A stretch of DNA of 64,000 bases from an uncultured Pseudomonadota bacterium (lineage in GTDB: Bacteria; Pseudomonadota; Alphaproteobacteria; JACZXZ01). The stretch spans positions 320,001 to 384,000 of the forward strand of contig CAVVLJ010000004.1 of the NCBI GenBank assembly GCA_963749075.1, read 5' to 3'. Position 1 is the first letter of the stretch; each line of letters starts with the position of its first letter. The notes below the pieces were generated by a model. The model was not told the DNA's origin, did no database searches, and was given only the letters and a program-made list of their open reading frames with translations. Of this stretch, positions 59,464-64,000 are shown one piece after another. A program made the translations under genes and the position numbers.

Positions 59464-60507
59464 ATGTCCGGCAAAGCCTGGTGGCATCCCGAGGAATTCG
59501 ACGCACGCCTGTCGGCGCTGGCGTTGCGCGGGCGCGTGCTCGCGGCCCTGCGCGCGTTCTTTGCCGAACGGGACTTCGTCGAGGTCGAGACGCCCTGCCT
59601 GCAGACCGCACCCGGCACGGAGCCGCACATCATGGCGCTCTCGACCGAGCTCGGCGAGCCGGGCGGCGGTGCCAGGCGCCGTCTCTATCTCCAGACCTCG
59701 CCCGAATACGCCATGAAGAAGCTGCTCGTGGCCGGCGTGGCGCGGCTCTACCAGTTCGCCCGCGTGTGGCGCGACGGCGAGCGCTCGCCGCGGCATCATC
59801 CCGAGTTCACCATGCTCGAATGGTACCGCGCGCACGCGGGTTACGAGACGCTGATGGCGGACTGCGAGGCGCTCCTCAGGGCTGCCGCCGCGGCCGCGGG
59901 AACGGGCGGGCTCAGTCACGGTGCCAGGCGCTGCGATCCGCTGCCCGCGGCCGAGCGCCTCACCGTCGCCGAGGCCTTCGCCCGCCATGCCGGCATCGAC
60001 CTCCTCGCGACCGCCCCCGATCCCCATGCGCCGGATGCGGCCCTCCTTGCCGCCGAGGCGCGGCGCAGCGGCCTCTTCGTGAGCGAGCGGGACAGCTGGG
60101 AGGACGTCTTCTTCCGCATCATGCTCGAGCGCATCGAGCCCCGCCTCGGCGAGGGTCGCGCGACCATCCTCTACGAGTACCCCATCTCCATGGCGGCGCT
60201 CGCGCGCCCGAGCCCGCGCGATGCGCGCGTGGCCGAGCGCTTCGAGCTCTACGCCTGCGGCCTCGAGCTCGCCAACGCCTTCGGCGAGCTCACCGACGCC
60301 GCCGAGCAGCGCCGCCGCTTCGCAGCCGAGCAGGCCGAGAAGGAGCGCCTCTACGGCGTGCGCCAGCCGATCGACGAGGACTTCCTCGCCGCCCTCGAGT
60401 TCGGCATGCCCGAGAGCGCCGGCATCGCCCTCGGCTTCGACCGCCTGGTCATGCTCCTCGCCGGCGCCGAGCACATCGACGAGGTGCTGTGGGCGCCGGT
60501 CGGGTAG
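59464..60507 (+). CDS. epmA: EF-P lysine aminoacylase (GenX/PoxA)
   Basis: EVETP, YLQTSPEYAMKKLL, HHPEFTMLEWYR, ELANAFGELTD, GIALGFDRL. Confidence 0.95.
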   Translation: MSGKAWWHPEEFDARLSALALRGRVLAALRAFFAERDFVEVETPCLQTAPGTEPHIMALSTELGEPGGGARRRLYLQTSPEYAMKKLLVAGVARLYQFARVWRDGERSPRHHPEFTMLEWYRAHAGYETLMADCEALLRAAAAAAGTGGLSHGARRCDPLPAAERLTVAEAFARHAGIDLLATAPDPHAPDAALLAAEARRSGLFVSERDSWEDVFFRIMLERIEPRLGEGRATILYEYPISMAALARPSPRDARVAERFELYACGLELANAFGELTDAAEQRRRFAAEQAEKERLYGVRQPIDEDFLAALEFGMPESAGIALGFDRLVMLLAGAEHIDEVLWAPVG

Positions 60508-60514
60508 CGGGCTC

Positions 60515-60543
60515 TTGAAATCGCTACGCAACTTGCGTATATG
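60515..60543 (+). promoter_or_regulatory. Putative promoter with a palindromic operator for the TA-like pair
   Basis: TTGAAA-N17-TATATG; inverted repeat TACGCAA-c-TTGCGTA at 60525-60539; ATG 8 nt downstream. Confidence 0.6.
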
Positions 60544-60551
60544 AGATCGGA

Positions 60552-60887
60552 ATGTGGGGCGCCGAGCGTATCCGCATCGTCGTCGATGACGACCTCACCG
60601 ATGACCCCGTGGTGACCGCGGACATTGCCACGCCGGCGGGAGCATTGAAACTGATGGCGATACCCACGCTTGAGGGCCGCCGGCTGACGCTCTCGGGCCT
60701 TCACATGCATGGGGTAGGTCTCGGCCCCACGGGTTTCGGGGCCGGCAATCTCAGGAAGCTGGCAGACGCGGCGATGGAGGCGCTGGGGTGCGATGAGATC
60801 ATCGTTGACGGAGCGGTTAGGACGTTGGGTGCAAATCCGGGACGTGTCCCGCAGCGGCTCCGCTTCAAGCGCCGCCTACGTTCTTGA
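60552..60887 (+). CDS. Hypothetical 111-aa protein, candidate toxin
   Basis: Compact beta-rich ORF ending [15 protein letters not shown], first gene of a two-gene unit with an HTH partner. Confidence 0.65.
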   Translation: MWGAERIRIVVDDDLTDDPVVTADIATPAGALKLMAIPTLEGRRLTLSGLHMHGVGLGPTGFGAGNLRKLADAAMEALGCDEIIVDGAVRTLGANPGRVPQRLRFKRRLRS

Positions 60888-61290
60888 GCCGCAACCGGGG
60901 ACGTTTGCGCAAACGGTGACGGCCGCGCAGGTGCTGATACGGAGCGGCGTGGGCGCCTCGAAGGCCAAGGGAGTGGTGGAGCGCCTTCTCGCCGGCGAGA
61001 AGGTGCCGCTCCTCGTTCCGTACCTTGTCTCCGCCGCAGACTTCGAGCGGCATCTCAAGGCTGTCGGCATCTTGCCGCATCGCCGCGAAGTTCCGGCCCA
61101 TGTGGATGTGGCCGCGATCCGTCAGCGGCTTCGCTTGACGCAAGAGGAGTTTGCCGCGCGCTTCGCCTTGAGCATCGCCACGGTGCGGAATTGGGAGCAG
61201 AGCCGCTCTGTTCCCGACGATGCGTCGCGTGCGTTTCTTGCGGTCATTGCCCGCGACCCCGAGGCCGCGGAGGAAGCGGTCACCCCGTGA
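60793..61290 (+). CDS. XRE-family HTH protein (HigA/MqsA-like C-terminus), candidate antitoxin
   Basis: [39 protein letters not shown]. Start uncertain. Confidence 0.8.
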   Translation: MRSSLTERLGRWVQIRDVSRSGSASSAAYVLEPQPGTFAQTVTAAQVLIRSGVGASKAKGVVERLLAGEKVPLLVPYLVSAADFERHLKAVGILPHRREVPAHVDVAAIRQRLRLTQEEFAARFALSIATVRNWEQSRSVPDDASRAFLAVIARDPEAAEEAVTP

Positions 61291-61960
61291 CGGCCCTCCT
61301 CAGAATCCTCTGCGACTTGGTCGCAAGCGCCCGCGCGATCGCCGCGTTGAAGTCGGCGACGGCCTCTCCGGGTCCTTTCGCGTAGCCCCATACGCCGCTC
61401 ACCACGGCGAGGAAATCGGCGCCGGCGGCGACGAGGGGGGCGCAGTTCTCGACGGTGATGCCGCCGATCGCCACGCAAGGCACGGTCATGGTCTCGCTCC
61501 ACCAGCTGAGGAGCTCCACGTCGGCGTGCGTCTTGGCCTCCTTGGTGCCGCTCGCGAAGAAGGCGCCGAAGGCGACGTAGTCGGCGCCGGCATCCGCCGC
61601 TAGAATCGCGAGATGGCGCGAGGCGTGGCAGGTGACGCCTATGATGCGCTCGGGGCCGAGGATACGGCGGGCCTCGGCGTAGCCCGCGTCCTCTTGGCCC
61701 ACGTGCACGCCGTCGGCACCTGCGGCAAGCGCAAGGTCCGGCCGGTCGTTGACGATGAGGGCGACATCGTGCCGCGCGCAGATGGGCGCCAGCGCCTTGG
61801 CGGCGGCCAGCACCTCGGCGTCGGCCGCCCCCTTGAGGCGGAGCTGGAGGCAGGCCACGTCGCCGCCCTCGAGCGCCGCCGCGAGCGCGCGCGCAAAAGC
61901 GCGCAGCTCGAAAGCGGGCGGCGTGACGAGGTAGAGCCGGCAGAGGGGGGTCTCGCTCAG
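61280..61960 (-). CDS. thiE: Thiamine phosphate synthase
   Basis: [45 protein letters not shown]. The only plausible start is CTG overlapping the fbaB stop. Confidence 0.92.
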   Translation of the reverse strand: MSETPLCRLYLVTPPAFELRAFARALAAALEGGDVACLQLRLKGAADAEVLAAAKALAPICARHDVALIVNDRPDLALAAGADGVHVGQEDAGYAEARRILGPERIIGVTCHASRHLAILAADAGADYVAFGAFFASGTKEAKTHADVELLSWWSETMTVPCVAIGGITVENCAPLVAAGADFLAVVSGVWGYAKGPGEAVADFNAAIARALATKSQRILRRAVTG

Positions 61961-62886
61961 TCGTTGCCCTTGTAAATGCCGATGACGCTGTCGAGCAGCT
62001 CGAGCGCCTTCTCGCGCGGGCGCTGGAAGCTGTTGCGCCCGATGATCGAGCCGGTCGCCCCGCCGTCGCGGATGGCGCGCACCTCGGCGAGGAGGCCCGC
62101 CTCGTCCTTGGCCTCGCCGCCCGAGAAGACCACGAGCCGGCGGCCATTGAAGGCGCTCTGCACCACGTGGCGGACGCGCGCCGCGAGCGTCGAGATGTCG
62201 ATCTTCTGGGCCTCGTAGACCTTCTTCGCGGCCTCGAGCTCGAGGTGCTCGCTGGGCGGCTTCACCTTGATGATGTGGGCGCCGAGGAGCGCCGCCATCT
62301 GCGCCGCGTAGGCGCAAATATCGATCGCCGTCTCGCCCGCCTTGGAGAGGCTGCCGCCGCGCGGGTAGGACCAGATGACGACGGCGAGGCCCTTGCGCTT
62401 GGCCTCCTCGGCGAGTGCCCGCGCCTCCTCGAACATGCCGTAGGCGGCGTCCGAGCCGGGATAGATGGTGAGCCCGATCGCAGACGCGCCGAGGCGGAGC
62501 GCATCGTCGACCGAGGCGGTTAGCGCCTGGTCCGCCGCCTCCTTGGCGCGCGCCAGGCTATTGGCGTTGTTGAGCTTGAGGATGAGCGGAATCTGGCCGG
62601 CGAAGCTCGCGGCCCCGGCCTCGATCATGCCGAGCGGTGCGGCATAGGCCGAGAGGCCGGCGTCGATCGCCAGCTGGAAATGGTAGTGCGGGTCGTAGGC
62701 CGGCGGGTTCGCCGCGAAGCTGCGCGCCGGCCCGTGCTCGAAGCCCTGGTCGACCGGCAGGATGACGAGCCTGCCCGTGCCGCCGAGCCTGCCCTGCATG
62801 AGGATGCGGGCGAGATTGGCCTTGGTCCCCGGACAGTCGCTCTCGTAATTGTCGAGAATGCGCTTGACGCGCGGCGTCATCTTCAT
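61957..62886 (-). CDS. fbaB: Class I fructose-bisphosphate aldolase
   Basis: [18 protein letters not shown], Schiff-base [20 protein letters not shown]. Confidence 0.93.
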   Translation of the reverse strand: MKMTPRVKRILDNYESDCPGTKANLARILMQGRLGGTGRLVILPVDQGFEHGPARSFAANPPAYDPHYHFQLAIDAGLSAYAAPLGMIEAGAASFAGQIPLILKLNNANSLARAKEAADQALTASVDDALRLGASAIGLTIYPGSDAAYGMFEEARALAEEAKRKGLAVVIWSYPRGGSLSKAGETAIDICAYAAQMAALLGAHIIKVKPPSEHLELEAAKKVYEAQKIDISTLAARVRHVVQSAFNGRRLVVFSGGEAKDEAGLLAEVRAIRDGGATGSIIGRNSFQRPREKALELLDSVIGIYKGND

Positions 62887-62970
62887 CGCGGCAATCCCCA
62901 TGGCACCATGCCCGGCCGCGGCCGGGGCGTTCCCTCTCGCGCCGAGCAATAGCCGAGCGCCCGAAGTTTT

Positions 62971-63480
62971 TCAACGCCGGGAGACGGGGGGCCGGGCGAC
63001 GGCGGCGCGTTCGCCGCGGCGGGCCTCGCCGAGCCACGCCCTTGAGGCGGCGAGCGGGTCGGCGCCGTGGCGGAGATCGAGGCTGCGGCGCGGCCGGCGG
63101 CGCACCAGGCGGCGGCCCTCCTTCGCCGCGATCTGGGCGAGCTTGTCGGCCACCCGAGGTGCACCTGTGAAGCAGACCGCCGCCATGCCCGCGGCGAAGG
63201 CGCCGAGCACGTGGCCGGGCAGGTCGGCGCAGTCGAGCACGCCCTCGAAGCGTGCTGCCGGAACCGCGCGCGCGGCCGCCTCGAGCACCGCCTTGAACCA
63301 GCCCGCCCCGGCATAGGCCGCGGCCCCGGGAGCGCTCCACAGCTCGACCGCCACATCCTCGGCCGCGGCGGCGGCGAGCGCCGCCCGGGCCTGGGCGAGC
63401 GAATGGACGACCACGGCGCGGGGTGCAGCGCCGGACTTCCGTCGCGTTCTCGAGGCACGGGCCGCAGGCGTCCTTGCCAT
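62971..63480 (-). CDS. Hypothetical protein
   Basis: Coding-like ORF (VVHSLAQA.AAL, LWSAPGAAAYAG..WF, LDCAD.PG) upstream of fbaB. Confidence 0.65.
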   Translation of the reverse strand: MARTPAARASRTRRKSGAAPRAVVVHSLAQARAALAAAAAEDVAVELWSAPGAAAYAGAGWFKAVLEAAARAVPAARFEGVLDCADLPGHVLGAFAAGMAAVCFTGAPRVADKLAQIAAKEGRRLVRRRPRRSLDLRHGADPLAASRAWLGEARRGERAAVARPPVSRR

Positions 63481-63534
63481 GCTGAGAGACTTAGCACGGC
63501 GCCTGCGGGAATTGGCAATCTCCGTACGGCGCTC

Positions 63535-63814
63535 TCAACGGATCATCTCGATCGCGATTCCAAGAGCGAGCCTCTTCCAGGCGTCATCGGCGCTGACGGC
63601 CATGATGCCGCGCTCGCTCGCCAAAGCGAGGCAGGCCCTGTCGCCGAGGGATAGCCTTGCTGCTTGCGTCGTGGCCCCTCAGTATGAAGCGGGCGAGCAC
63701 TTCCGAGAGATTGACCGTCGACATGCAGGACTAGGATAGGTGGCGGGCGACAAGCTCATGGCCCCGCTCGCGGAGCAGGAATGCGAGCAATGCCGACGCG
63801 TCGAGCGCAATCAC
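63535..63814 (-). pseudogene. vapC: VapC/PIN toxin pseudogene
   Basis: MIALDASALLAFL..E.G...LS*SCMSTVNLSEVL with TAG at 63731-63733, then after a deletion/frameshift LSLGDRACLALA....SAD.AW. Confidence 0.82.
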
Positions 63815-64000
63815 CGCTTACGCTCTTTCGCGGCCTCGCGGCGGCGCTCGGCGATCAGCTCGTCGGTCAAGCGCGGCGGCCGGCCGGCGAAGAGCCCGGC
63901 GATGAAGTCCTGAAGCTCGGCCGGGTCGAACTGCGAAACTTCCTCCTCGCGCACGGCCTCGGCGAGAATCGTGCGCGCTTCCGCCTCCATGCTGCGGCCG
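63811..64000 (-). CDS. FitA/Arc-like ribbon-helix-helix antitoxin (partial, start outside the window)
   Basis: GRSMEAEARTIL...DELIAERRREA; GTGA overlap with the vapC pseudogene. Confidence 0.78.
   Translation of the reverse strand, partial: GRSMEAEARTILAEAVREEEVSQFDPAELQDFIAGLFAGRPPRLTDELIAERRREAAKERKR

Noticed and set aside
63731-63733. Stop-codon readthrough (amber recoding) in vapC
   Set aside because: The gene also has a downstream deletion/frameshift, so decay is the simpler explanation.
63479-63739. 86-aa plus-strand ORF as a gene
   Set aside because: It is the antisense of the vapC pseudogene.

Overview
A 64-kb high-GC chromosomal window that reads like an alphaproteobacterium (Rhodospirillales-like, judged from gene content and order). 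The backbone is housekeeping: IOR-family oxidoreductase, acyl-CoA ligases, pepF/ABC1 kinase, pntAB, alpha-2-macroglobulin/pbpC, rpsU/def/COQ9, purEK, prpE, frmA, trcR, metY, ibpA with a ROSE element, rpmE, a MotA/MotB-like/OmpA trio, suhB, efp/epmB/epmA, thiE and fbaB. A family 1 encapsulin with its ferritin-like cargo is present. Seven type II toxin-antitoxin (TA) or TA-like modules sit between the housekeeping genes; two of them are broken. There is a small IS630-scarred islet with a GIY-YIG nuclease, and three families of REP-like palindromes. The best candidates for something undescribed are: (1) a TA-like pair at 60.5-61.3 kb whose first gene matches no toxin family I can name and overlaps its HTH partner by 95 nt; (2) a Tat-signal-bearing, phage-tailspike-like protein with no prophage around it; (3) a chain of three ATGA-coupled 5-codon mini-ORFs between purE and purK; (4) a MITE inserted into one REP and carrying another. 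Three apparent frameshifts in otherwise intact genes suggest possible sequencing indel errors. I recognised no rRNA, tRNA or CRISPR array. All family calls come from motif recognition by eye, not database searches.
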